A stretch of DNA of 64,000 nt from Candidatus Obscuribacteraceae bacterium (GTDB lineage Bacteria; Cyanobacteriota; Vampirovibrionia; Obscuribacterales; Obscuribacteraceae), in the NCBI GenBank assembly GCA_044229845.1, contig JBGASG010000003.1:96001-160000 (forward strand). Reading direction: 5' to 3'. Both the position numbers and the translations under genes were made by a program. Positions 39,109 to 48,794 of the stretch are shown one piece after another (the first letter of the stretch is position 1; each line of letters opens with the position of its first letter). The notes under the pieces are model-generated. The model did not search any database. It was not told the DNA's origin and saw nothing but the letters and a program-made list of their open reading frames with translations.

Positions 39109-41271
39109 TCAGTCCAGAATGTTATCCAGCATGCGCTTGAAGAAATTTCTTTTCTTCTTTGGCTTTTCTTTTCGAAAATCCGGTGCCAGCGGCGGCTCGT
39201 CATTGTCGCGGGCTTGCGTGCCTGAGTTCGCATTTTGGTCAGGCGCATTCTCACGCGGCGCATACTCCTGCACTCCAGGACCATGATTCTCGCCGGTGAA
39301 GAACTCGACCACGCGATCGAATATACCGGCTGGATTGGGCAGGAAGTGCAACGGTTCAGGCTCTTCAATCAATGGATGCAGAGGTGCTTCAAAACTGCCT
39401 GAATTCACTTTGTTCGCCTGATAGTAACAGCGCATGTAGTTCTGCCAGATGCCTGCCATGACTGAGCCGCCGGTCACTCCTCTGATTGAGTCATTCTCGT
39501 CATTGCCGCCCCAGACAACGGTTGCCATGTCCGGAGTAAATCCGGCGAACCAGATATCCTTGCCACCATCTGCAGTGCCGGTCTTGCCGGCCACCGGCCG
39601 GTCAAATAGACGGGCATGAGTGCCCGTACCCTTCTCCACCACATCTTGCAAAGCATCCACCAGTTCAGCCACCGGTTCGTTAGCGAAGACGCGCGTTTGC
39701 TGCACTGTCGATTCAAAGACCGTGTGCCCTTTTCTGTCCTCGACTTTGCGAATAAAGTGAGGCTCGATGTAAACGCCTCCGCGCGCCAGCGTTGCATAAG
39801 CGGCTGCCATCTCCAGTGGACTGACGGCACAACTACCCAGCGCCAGGGATAAATTCGGTTGCAGTTCTGTCTTGATGCCGGCTCGATGGGCTGTCTCGAT
39901 CACGGCTTCCGGTCCGACCTGATCGGCTACGTTGACCGCACAGGTGTTGCGCGAAAGCGCAATCGCTTTGCGAATCGTGATCGGTCCCAGATACTGCCCG
40001 TCAAAGTTGCGCGGGCTGTAGGCGGCGCCCATGCCTGTTTTGTAGTATGAATAAGGAGCGTCATCCAGCATGGTGTCCGGCTTGAGAACGCCTTCCGTCA
40101 GCCCCGTCAGATACACGAACGGCTTAAACGCCGAACCGGCCGTGTGTGGCGCCGTAGCCCGATTCCATTGATTTTTGGAGAAATCTTTCGCACCGCCGAC
40201 CATGGCGACGACTCCACCATCTGCCACCGAGATTGATACCAGCGCACCCTGCCGCACGCCGCGCGGGGCTTTGGCAATCCCGTTGTGCAGGTTCATCTCA
40301 GCCAGATGCTGAGCAGAGGGATCGAGATTTGTGAAGACGCTCCAGCCCTTGGTCCAGACGTCTTTGCCGAACTTGGTCTCCAGTTCTTGAGTCACCTCGC
40401 TGACATAGTGCGGATACTTTTCGGCACCGCCCTCGATGGACTTGAATGAAAGCTTCTCCTTTTTGTATTTCTCGGACTGCACCGGTGTCAGATAGCCGGT
40501 CTCCACCATGTCGGTGAGTATGCGTCTTTGCCGCTCTAGTGTGACACTGCGACTGGATGCCTGGCTGAACACCGAAGGAGCCGGAATAATGGCGGCGAGA
40601 AACGCCGCTTCCGCGGCGTCCAGTTTGCGCGCACTCTTGCCGAAATATTTCTGCGAAGCGCGCTCTACACCGTAGACTCCGTGACCGAAATAAACGGTGT
40701 TCAAGTACGACTCGAGCAGTTCGTCCTTCTTGTAAGCGCGTTCCAATTCCATGGCCACGAAAATCTCCGCGACCTTGCGATCGAGTGTGCGAGTCTCTCC
40801 TTCGAAGTAGATATTTTTTGCCAGTTGCTGCGTGAGCGTGCTGCCGCCCTGCACCGGCTTGCCGGCCTTTACGTTGACCATGGCAGCCCGCGCAAAGGCA
40901 ATCAGATTGACACCGCCGTGGTTGTAAAACTCTCTGTCTTCAGCCGTCAACAAAGCTTGCCGCATCACCGGCGCAATCTCACTCAGCTTAACGGGCTGCA
41001 AATCCTTTTCGGCGTATAGAACCGCAATCTCTTTGTCGTGGCGATCGAACACCTTCAGACCTTTGCCGTAGTCGGGAAGCGACGCCAGCCTCAGGAGGGG
41101 CACCGGCTTAAAGACCGACCCGGTGCGTGAGAAGGTGAAGGCAGCAGTGGCGGTGGCCAGAAGAATAATGCCTGCCGCCACCCAGCCGGGACGCTTTAGT
41201 CCCGGCCGGGCATGACGCATCGGCGATTCAGATTTCTGAACTGGCTTTTCTCTTACTTGCATGAAAGACAC
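39109..41271 (-). CDS. Class A penicillin-binding protein (PBP1A family)
   Basis: AEDREF..H.G, GGSTLTQQLAKN, RKVAE, GSAFKPF, SRN and GKTGT motifs. Confidence 0.96.
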   Translation of the reverse strand: MSFMQVREKPVQKSESPMRHARPGLKRPGWVAAGIILLATATAAFTFSRTGSVFKPVPLLRLASLPDYGKGLKVFDRHDKEIAVLYAEKDLQPVKLSEIAPVMRQALLTAEDREFYNHGGVNLIAFARAAMVNVKAGKPVQGGSTLTQQLAKNIYFEGETRTLDRKVAEIFVAMELERAYKKDELLESYLNTVYFGHGVYGVERASQKYFGKSARKLDAAEAAFLAAIIPAPSVFSQASSRSVTLERQRRILTDMVETGYLTPVQSEKYKKEKLSFKSIEGGAEKYPHYVSEVTQELETKFGKDVWTKGWSVFTNLDPSAQHLAEMNLHNGIAKAPRGVRQGALVSISVADGGVVAMVGGAKDFSKNQWNRATAPHTAGSAFKPFVYLTGLTEGVLKPDTMLDDAPYSYYKTGMGAAYSPRNFDGQYLGPITIRKAIALSRNTCAVNVADQVGPEAVIETAHRAGIKTELQPNLSLALGSCAVSPLEMAAAYATLARGGVYIEPHFIRKVEDRKGHTVFESTVQQTRVFANEPVAELVDALQDVVEKGTGTHARLFDRPVAGKTGTADGGKDIWFAGFTPDMATVVWGGNDENDSIRGVTGGSVMAGIWQNYMRCYYQANKVNSGSFEAPLHPLIEEPEPLHFLPNPAGIFDRVVEFFTGENHGPGVQEYAPRENAPDQNANSGTQARDNDEPPLAPDFRKEKPKKKRNFFKRMLDNILD

Positions 41272-41347
41272 TTGGGATTGGCTTTGTGACGCCTGAGCTT
41301 GAAGACGCCAACTTCATCAGTTGGTTTCACGTCATATGGTTCTTCTT

Positions 41348-42340
41348 TTAGATGGAACGCTCGGACTTGCAAACCACGCTGTATTGAAACTCGAATTGCA
41401 CATCCAGTCCTTGTGCCACGCCTTCCGGAAGCGGTGGAAACGGAGCGGCAGCTTGCACGGCTTGTAAAGCAGCTTCGTCAGTGGTGGAATTTTCCGACGA
41501 TCTGTCCAGATGGACCTTAGAAACCTGACCTTGATCATCGATTGTGAAGCCGACTACCACGCGGTCGGTGGCATCAGTGCGGTCGCGATCGAGATTCCAG
41601 TGCGAACTGATTTTGTCCTGCACATCAAACAGGTAGGGCGACAGGTCTTGATACGGACGCATCTTATTGGTGCCGGGCTCGACTTCCCACTCGCTGGCCA
41701 GCAGTTTGTTGCCCAGCTCTTTATCAGAAACCAGACGTAGTTTCGTCACTTTGTGCTTACTAGGATCGCTGTTCGCATCTTCATATGTGGCAACCACGCT
41801 GTCCACCGAGATCACGCCTTTGCGGCTGACTTGCAGCCCTTTTACTTCTTCGAAGTCTTCCAGGCTGTAATCGGCAGCTTGCACCAGTTTGCCTTTCTCC
41901 TGCACAACTACGATCAAATGATTGAACAACTTGCGTCCGCCCATGCTGAACGACAGGTGCAAAGCAGCGTCTTCCTTGCCGTCGCGATTGAGGTCGGCCA
42001 GCACAATGCGCTCGATGGCGATTACTTCGCCATGATCGCGCGCCACACCGTTCTTGAATTGCACGTGGCGATAACCGCAAGAGAAATCGGGCACTTCATA
42101 ATTGCCTTGCTTGAGGCGCCGCACAAGAACGCTCTTGCCGGCAGCACCGGCTGGCTGTGCAGTAGCCGCCTGAGCATTCTGGGCACCACCAATGGTGCCT
42201 GCCTGCGCCGGCCCGGCGGCTAGAGTTACGGAAGCGGCACACCCTAGCACGCCGACAACCAGGGCAGTAATCAGTTTTCGGTTGGCTGAGTGGGTCTTCG
42301 TGGTCATCGTAGTATTCCTCGAGATACAAAGTGACAACAA
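41348..42340 (-). CDS. Exported protein with TonB C-terminal domain
   Basis: Signal peptide; KISSHW...FTIDDQGQV...SS....DEAALQAV..AAPFPPLP. Confidence 0.85.
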   Translation of the reverse strand: MLSLCISRNTTMTTKTHSANRKLITALVVGVLGCAASVTLAAGPAQAGTIGGAQNAQAATAQPAGAAGKSVLVRRLKQGNYEVPDFSCGYRHVQFKNGVARDHGEVIAIERIVLADLNRDGKEDAALHLSFSMGGRKLFNHLIVVVQEKGKLVQAADYSLEDFEEVKGLQVSRKGVISVDSVVATYEDANSDPSKHKVTKLRLVSDKELGNKLLASEWEVEPGTNKMRPYQDLSPYLFDVQDKISSHWNLDRDRTDATDRVVVGFTIDDQGQVSKVHLDRSSENSTTDEAALQAVQAAAPFPPLPEGVAQGLDVQFEFQYSVVCKSERSI

Positions 42341-42457
42341 GCCGCCGGGCCGGATGCAATCTCGGCTTCGACTTCTTTACACTCTCAGAATAAGGCGGCC
42401 ATGTAATGACTGTAAGCAGCGCTGGTTAAACAGCAGTAAACAGCTTGTTCGAATTGT

Positions 42458-43957
42458 TTATTGAGTTTCTTCGATAACACTCACCGATAGCCACGGTCCG
42501 CGGGTTTTGCCGGTTAGAGCAGCCCAGTACCACTCGGAGACATCGGTCCATGACCCGCCTTTGCTGTCGGTTATTCGCTCGCGTACCGCCAGTACACTGC
42601 CCGGCTTGGCGGCTGCAAAACTCGCCCAGCGCTCACCACCGGACCGCAGAGCCAATCCCTGCTCCGAAACAGCGTAACCGGCGCCCCGCAGACAGTCTTT
42701 CAGAGAATGCAGTTGCCTGGTTTCATGTTTGATCCAACGCATCAGTATCTGATCGTTGCCGTCTGAAAACTTGGCGATGCGGCCCGGAAAGTTCTGTGCA
42801 AACTTCAGCTCCCAGTCGGACATAGATAGAGGATAGATGACCTGCCCCTCGAATGTTTTGGGCCAGCCATTGAACTCATCGGCATTAGCAACGGAAAGTT
42901 CCTGCACGAAAACGTTCATGCAACTGATCACAACAGCCAGGCAGACGGCCAGCAGATAAAGCAAAACCTGCCGGTGTCCCGGCAAAGCCGGCAGACGCAC
43001 GAAGCGCGGCTCGGTTTTTTCGGAAATCACAGGTTCCATGGGTGACGAAGGGGCTTTGATGCGCGCCGCAAAAATCAACACAACACCAATCACAATCAAG
43101 AAGCTGCAAACTCCAATCACGTCGTGGAAGTAGGGAAACTCCTTGAACCCGTGGTTTTGCACCACCAGTTGAGCCGGCGCCAGCGAAGCCAGGTAAAAAC
43201 CGTAAACCAGCGAGCCGGCGCGCATGACGTTGCCGACGTAGGAAGCGGCGACGGCGATCATAGAGATCAAAACTGTCTGTCTGTTCGAGTAGCCCTTGAA
43301 GCAACTGACCGCCAGAGCTAGATAAACACTCGTCCAGAGCATGCGTAATCCGGCGCAAGGCGCATCGATCGCTACCAGAGATCCATGATAGAGCAGACCG
43401 GTTCCGTCCACCGTCACTCCGGAGACGCCCACCAGAACTGCCACCGTATGCGCCACCGCGACGCGAAGCGGGTAGCCGAAGAAAAACTGCAACGAAGGCA
43501 AAAGCGGCAACGACAAGATCAACAAGGCGAAGTGGCTGAGACGCATCTTTGAGCCACTGCCCGCCGCCGCCGCCATGAAACAAGCAACAATCGACATGCA
43601 CAGTGCCGCCCGCACCAGCATCGGACAGAAAAACTGCGAAACGGCAAAGGCGACCATCAAAATCGCGGGAATCCGCGAATTGGAGAGCAAGGCGCTGGTC
43701 CATCCGGGCAGTTTCTCACGCCGGCAAATTCCGTACACTGCGATGGTGATCAGTGCCACCAGCCCCCAGGGCTCATCCGATGCATCGAATGTGCGCTGCC
43801 AGAGCCAGGACAGCACCGGCAAGAATGCCACCAGCGTCGCCACCAGCACTGTGAGCGCCAGCGACTTTTCGCTGATTAACGGGTCGCAGTCGAATTGACT
43901 TTTCTTCTTCGCGCAGTCCACAGAAGTGCTCCAGTAGCCAGCATGATCAAAAGCCAT
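42458..43957 (-). CDS. Exosortase (XrtQ/XrtN-like) with C-terminal extracytoplasmic domain
   Basis: Multi-TM; YPLR, DAPCAG (Cys), GNVMR (Arg), FHDVIG (His); start uncertain. Confidence 0.85.
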   Translation of the reverse strand: MAFDHAGYWSTSVDCAKKKSQFDCDPLISEKSLALTVLVATLVAFLPVLSWLWQRTFDASDEPWGLVALITIAVYGICRREKLPGWTSALLSNSRIPAILMVAFAVSQFFCPMLVRAALCMSIVACFMAAAAGSGSKMRLSHFALLILSLPLLPSLQFFFGYPLRVAVAHTVAVLVGVSGVTVDGTGLLYHGSLVAIDAPCAGLRMLWTSVYLALAVSCFKGYSNRQTVLISMIAVAASYVGNVMRAGSLVYGFYLASLAPAQLVVQNHGFKEFPYFHDVIGVCSFLIVIGVVLIFAARIKAPSSPMEPVISEKTEPRFVRLPALPGHRQVLLYLLAVCLAVVISCMNVFVQELSVANADEFNGWPKTFEGQVIYPLSMSDWELKFAQNFPGRIAKFSDGNDQILMRWIKHETRQLHSLKDCLRGAGYAVSEQGLALRSGGERWASFAAAKPGSVLAVRERITDSKGGSWTDVSEWYWAALTGKTRGPWLSVSVIEETQ

Positions 43958-46425
43958 TCGTCCGGTTCCGGGGCGGTCGGCACCATGGCGTTAGTGTCCG
44001 GATTGTTGGGGTCCATTTCGGCGCGCTTGTATTGCTCAGCCGACTCCAGAACCACCGCACCGGACACGGGAGTAACGATGCGAAAATAAGTGGCTAGTTT
44101 GGCGGCTTCGCCGGTTTTTCCGGCGGCAGTCAAACGAGCGCTTTCATCTGCAGCCCAGAGCGCCGAAAGATATGGAGCGGTAACCACTTGACCGTCCTTG
44201 TCTTTAACAGCTTCTCTCAGAGCCAGCGAAGGATCCAACCAAGAATCAGCCACCACTTGCTGGGTGCTATTGGATGTCTGGGCAGGCGTTCTCAGCGGAG
44301 CTCGGACGAATTCGAAATGCGGTTCAGCTCCAGTCCAGGAGGCAAACAGTCGTTTCAGGTCGTCTTGCAACTTAGAGCGCCGCGGCACGCTGATGAAATT
44401 GGTCCTTTGCGATATCACTTCCGCCAGTCGGTCAGGTCCATTGGCAGCTTCGACGTCGTAAATGGTGAGATGACTGCCCTCCTGTCCGCCGGTACTGGCA
44501 TCCAGTTGCTGCTGCAAACGCCAGACATCGTCCGGCAAAACCGGCTGGGGTCCGTGAATCCAGACCACCGTTACATCCTGATGTTGCTTAACCGGCGCCA
44601 TTGCCGCCAGCAATTCTTTGAAATTGTCCGGTCCGCCCTTGCACGGCACACGCGGCAATTCACGAATGGCAAATTCGCGGTTGTGTTCGGAACCGTCGTC
44701 GGAACTGGACGTGAGCGAGGAAATTTCATCCGAAGCCACGCGCACCTCGCTGGTGATGTCGCCGGGCAAGGATTTGAGGGCCTCGGCAATGTCTCCCATA
44801 CTGCTCTCCATCGATCGCCCGCAGTCGACCACGAACGTCACATGCCCGGGCTTTTTGGTCTTCTCCGGCTGCAGCGTCTCGCTGTACGCATAAGGGACGT
44901 CACCCTTGAGTGCATACACTGAACCGGCTCGCACCACATCCGGTGAGCGCTCGGCGATCACCGCAGCACCAGACTGTTCGTACTCGCGACTGTCCACTTC
45001 GCCATGCAACTGATAGAACTTGCCGGGTGGATGGTCCAGTTTCAGTCCCTCGATCGTGGCTTTGCATGCCGTAGGGGATTGGAAAAACACGTTATGCTTG
45101 CCGTCCACGGAAAAGTTGTTTTCCACCAGACGAGGCAGAGGCAGGCGCGCGTGCCCCGCGTCATCGAGCGCGAGCGGGGCGGTGATACCAATGCGGGTGC
45201 GCATCGTACCGCCATGCGCCGGTACCGGGAAGCACTGCAAGAGCACCCGGTCGGGTCCGAGAGTTGTAACCAGAACCGGGTCCCGCTGCCGGTAGACGAC
45301 GGATTTGTAAGCCGACTTTGTTTTCTCTCGCGAGCCGAAAACGGCTTCGTGTGGTTTATCGTTGATCCAGAGGGTCAGGCGGGATACAACTGCCCCCGGC
45401 GGCAATGCGATCTGCGTGCGAGCTTCTTGCTGGGTGTCGGAGTCGTTTTTGAAATTGAAGGTCCACTCTTCATAGCCGACGGCTCCTTGCGGCTCCACAA
45501 CAGCGTTCAAAGAGGAATTATTGAGAGCCAACTTGTTGATCTTGCCCCCGACCTCGTCGCCGCCCACATCCTCATCGCGGGTATTCCAGAGGCGCAAGTC
45601 CCAGCCGAACCCTGTCAGTTCAGGTCGCGGCACAGTATTGAAAGGACGTCCGGTGACCCGGTAGTAGATGCGTCTGGCTTTCTGCTGAGTCGACCAGTCA
45701 TAAGCATTGAGGGCGCCCAGAACTATGTCGGTCATCGTTTTGGGATGGTTGTAGCATTCGTTTAAAAGCCAGGTTTCATTGCCGAAAGCACGCAGCATCC
45801 GGATGCCGCCGCGGCTCATGGCCACATCATCAGAGGCGGACTGCGTCATAGCAATTCGGGTGACGGTGCCCGGCATCTCGGCGAGAGCGAAGCACACCAG
45901 CGCAGCGGTCATACCCATCATCGTGTAACGCGACGGGACCCAAGACCGTGTATGAGTGGCACGACGCTGGACCGCTACGGTCAAGCCGTATGAGCACAGC
46001 AGAGCCAGCAGAGGGCTGAGCGGCAAAAATCCAAGCCCGGCGAGCACGATACACGGCAACGCAATCGGCATGAGCGGGATGAACACAAGTGCATATACAA
46101 GACAGATACCGATCGACACGCCACCGAGCACAGACAATAGGGCAAGGTGGGAAACCTGTTTCCTCCACAAAGTAACGTAGAGCGCCATGTTAGCTATGGG
46201 CACGCTGGCTACGAACACGTAGTGAGGAAACGATGGCAGCGGGTCAAAGAATGCACCACCGCACATGTGGAAAACGGCTTCCACGCCCAACGCGATTGTC
46301 GGCAACACAATTCCGAAGGCCATGACAGCCATATGCATCGCCGTGATTAGAAACTGATTGGCAAGTCCGTCTTTCGGCGGTGCCGCATACTGCACTTTTT
46401 CAACTGGTGGTTCGGTAGAACTCAA
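43876..46425 (-). CDS. Membrane VIT/vWA-like domain protein with PEP-CTERM sorting signal
   Basis: EARTQIALPPGAVVSRLTLWI, RDPVLV, CFPVP; C-terminal APEPDEW + TM + RRRK. Confidence 0.88.
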   Translation of the reverse strand: MSSTEPPVEKVQYAAPPKDGLANQFLITAMHMAVMAFGIVLPTIALGVEAVFHMCGGAFFDPLPSFPHYVFVASVPIANMALYVTLWRKQVSHLALLSVLGGVSIGICLVYALVFIPLMPIALPCIVLAGLGFLPLSPLLALLCSYGLTVAVQRRATHTRSWVPSRYTMMGMTAALVCFALAEMPGTVTRIAMTQSASDDVAMSRGGIRMLRAFGNETWLLNECYNHPKTMTDIVLGALNAYDWSTQQKARRIYYRVTGRPFNTVPRPELTGFGWDLRLWNTRDEDVGGDEVGGKINKLALNNSSLNAVVEPQGAVGYEEWTFNFKNDSDTQQEARTQIALPPGAVVSRLTLWINDKPHEAVFGSREKTKSAYKSVVYRQRDPVLVTTLGPDRVLLQCFPVPAHGGTMRTRIGITAPLALDDAGHARLPLPRLVENNFSVDGKHNVFFQSPTACKATIEGLKLDHPPGKFYQLHGEVDSREYEQSGAAVIAERSPDVVRAGSVYALKGDVPYAYSETLQPEKTKKPGHVTFVVDCGRSMESSMGDIAEALKSLPGDITSEVRVASDEISSLTSSSDDGSEHNREFAIRELPRVPCKGGPDNFKELLAAMAPVKQHQDVTVVWIHGPQPVLPDDVWRLQQQLDASTGGQEGSHLTIYDVEAANGPDRLAEVISQRTNFISVPRRSKLQDDLKRLFASWTGAEPHFEFVRAPLRTPAQTSNSTQQVVADSWLDPSLALREAVKDKDGQVVTAPYLSALWAADESARLTAAGKTGEAAKLATYFRIVTPVSGAVVLESAEQYKRAEMDPNNPDTNAMVPTAPEPDEWLLIMLATGALLWTARRRKVNSTATR

Positions 46426-46550
46426 GCAAACACCCTCATGGGTTTCTACACGTTGCTAAGTTCGATGATATCGACGGACCGTAAACCCAGTTAGGCGCCA
46501 ATGTAAAATGCACGATCTCCCTTCGATCAAAAAGTGGCACCAGAGCGGAA

Positions 46551-46574
46551 CCGGCTGCCCTCACGGACAGCCGG
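46551..46574 (-). terminator. Hairpin downstream of the 46604-47206 gene
   Basis: Minus strand CCGGCTGTCC-GTGA-GGGCAGCCGG; weak U-tract. Confidence 0.5.
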
Positions 46575-46580
46575 CCGATA

Positions 46581-46600
46581 CTGAAGCGATATCACTCTAG
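46581..46600. repeat. 20-bp palindrome copy
   Basis: CTGAAGCGATATCACTCTAG, 3 nt beyond a stop codon. Confidence 0.9.
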
Positions 46601-46603
46601 CTC

Positions 46604-47206
46604 TTACGAGATACGGCGGACCTTGTTCTCAGCGCCCAACTCTTGCGTACGGAACTTCTTGATAGCGCATGGATACTGCTTCTGCAGCGTAGCCTGCGCA
46701 CGCGCGGCCACGTAGCAGTTGTCATCTTGCGATAAGAAGTTCAGCACTTGAATCGGCGTCCGGCTGTTTTCAGCCATGTTGTAGCGGACGTCGACGTGCG
46801 GGTCGGATGCCAACATATATAGAGTCTCGGGTGGCGTTTTGTCGTTCTCAGCGACCGCCGCTCTGACTCTGTGGTCTTCCGAACCGGCCAGTTTCACCAA
46901 CGCCTGCCAGGGCGCCTGCGGATTTTCCGCAATTCTCTCTTTTGTTTTCTCGTCTACAACATCAATCATTTGTTCAAGCACCTCTTCAGGGCTCTCCGGA
47001 CTGACTGCAATCAACCAGTGCAGATAACTCAAATGATTGTCTTGCGCCTGAGCCTGCGGGTCTTCCGCCACTTCCACAAACCAGGTCCAGAGCATACGGC
47101 GCAGGACCGTATCGATGTGCTCCGGCCACTGCCATTGCAGGTAGAAGTCGAACGGAGAAGCACTCTCGTTCAGTATTTCCTCACCCATTGTCTTATTCAA
47201 TTCCAT
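46604..47206 (-). CDS. LRV/HEAT-like repeat protein
   Basis: VR..VAEN..TP...L..LA.D repeats. Confidence 0.85.
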   Translation of the reverse strand: MELNKTMGEEILNESASPFDFYLQWQWPEHIDTVLRRMLWTWFVEVAEDPQAQAQDNHLSYLHWLIAVSPESPEEVLEQMIDVVDEKTKERIAENPQAPWQALVKLAGSEDHRVRAAVAENDKTPPETLYMLASDPHVDVRYNMAENSRTPIQVLNFLSQDDNCYVAARAQATLQKQYPCAIKKFRTQELGAENKVRRIS

Positions 47207-47520
47207 AATTCCTACTTCCTAGAACAAGCCTGCTTAGGCTGCTGCTGTTTATTTACCCGTGACAATCGTCACGCCGTCTGGGGTTTATCCGTATCTTTGC
47301 GGGCAAAATCCCTAGGTCATGCAAAATTTTGTGACACGTTTACCCTGCGACGAAGCGCTGCTGATGCGGTTCCAACGCACATGTTGGACTTTTCCAATTG
47401 CTCTGTTGGAAAACTTTCACCACATGCGGTATCTGCCTCATCCAGCTGAGTCGCTCTGCCAGTGCTGCCGGAACTACAGTTCAGTCATCGCGTCACTGAT
47501 CGCAGCTTACACACACACCG

Positions 47521-48003
47521 GTGATCCTTATGCAAATGCAACCATTTGAATCAAAACCAGAATCCGAAATAGGTTACGTATTTCAGTTCAGTGAAGTGGA
47601 AGAGAAAACGCCGCCCTCGGAAACGGCCTACGAATACGCGCAGCTGTTCGAATGCCAGCTCAAGGCTGCCATTCTTGCTGAAGCAGGGCTCATGAACGAC
47701 ATGAACGAAGGAGACATGCAAGACGGTTTTTGCCTCAGCCATATAGACGACGGCTGGGTGAGCTACAAAGGCATGTCCTGGGGCTTTGTCGTCCACAATG
47801 ATCCGGTGGCGCTGGACATGACTTTTGGTCCCGATTGGCCGTTCGTGGGTCACAGAACTGTCATGCAACCGCAACTCTCCTCGGGCAGAATTATCTGGAC
47901 CGAACGCAATGCCATCGAGCTCGGTACGGTCTGCTGCTCAGCCGAAGACATAGCGCGATTTGGACTGCGCCGGCTCTCTGAGCGTGCAGACAAAGCTGCT
48001 TAG
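47521..48003 (+). CDS. Hypothetical protein
   Basis: 160-aa ORF filling the gap; start uncertain. Confidence 0.65.
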   Translation: MILMQMQPFESKPESEIGYVFQFSEVEEKTPPSETAYEYAQLFECQLKAAILAEAGLMNDMNEGDMQDGFCLSHIDDGWVSYKGMSWGFVVHNDPVALDMTFGPDWPFVGHRTVMQPQLSSGRIIWTERNAIELGTVCCSAEDIARFGLRRLSERADKAA

Positions 48004-48016
48004 ACCACTTCAGGCG

Positions 48017-48793
48017 CTAGGTTTTGGCGGTGGTGCGCACTGCAAACACTATGTATCCGATCACGATTGGAATCGTTATGAAGCCCCAGAATGGCACGAA
48101 TGTGTTTGTGCAACTCATGCCGGTGCTCAGCAGCATGACCGGAGACATAGCGATAATCGCCAGGCGCAACGCCGCGTCGAAGGGCATCGGGCTGCCGGAC
48201 ATCTGTCCAACCACAGCCGCGACGCCGGCGTAGATCAGGGCTTGTAGCGCGTGCAGGCTCCAGAGAAACGGCAGTCCCAAAAGCACAACCAGAATCGGCA
48301 CCCAGATCACGAACATCTTGACCATGCCGTTGATCGTGTCGGAATCGAGCTTACCGTTGCTGCCGATGTCTCCATAGACAGTCCGTTTGCCGTCTTTGGC
48401 CGGAATCATTTCCTTCTTGGTAAAGAGAACTGCTGTTTTGGCATCTTCCGGCGACGAGTATTTGCCGTCCATGTCGAATACAGCCAGCGACATATCTTCG
48501 TCTTTGGAGGTAGGCCAGGGATTGCTGATGGTGTAGGGGGACGGCTTATCGATGCTCATTTCCCCGTCGTGAAAGGTCATCACCGGCAACTGGGCGATAA
48601 TCTTCGTTGCTTCCTTGGAGACAACCATGTTGAGTTGGTACCACCAGCTGACTGCCAGCATGAGCACAATCACGAAGACCAGCCCCAGCAGATAGAGCAG
48701 GTTGGTGCCCTTCCACTGGTAGCGCACTTCGTCGTAAAGACCGGGATCGAAGATAGCAAAAATTGGTGCCTGGACTGCACTGTATTTAGCCAT
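48017..48793 (-). CDS. DUF1189-like membrane protein
   Basis: TM, soluble domain (LP.MTFHDGEMSID), then three TM segments. Confidence 0.75.
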   Translation of the reverse strand: MAKYSAVQAPIFAIFDPGLYDEVRYQWKGTNLLYLLGLVFVIVLMLAVSWWYQLNMVVSKEATKIIAQLPVMTFHDGEMSIDKPSPYTISNPWPTSKDEDMSLAVFDMDGKYSSPEDAKTAVLFTKKEMIPAKDGKRTVYGDIGSNGKLDSDTINGMVKMFVIWVPILVVLLGLPFLWSLHALQALIYAGVAAVVGQMSGSPMPFDAALRLAIIAMSPVMLLSTGMSCTNTFVPFWGFITIPIVIGYIVFAVRTTAKT

Positions 48794-48794
48794 A

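Noticed and set aside
44407..44423. Partial palindrome matches in CDSs (also ~61124-61138)
   Set aside because: Only one arm matches, which is compatible with chance
47297..47339. CCCGCAA (complement of the sRNA loop) and a TTTGTGACACGT match to the copy-2 promoter upstream of the 46604-47206 gene
   Set aside because: A 7-mer is expected several times by chance, and the CAC-N8-CAC/-10 spacing is not preserved
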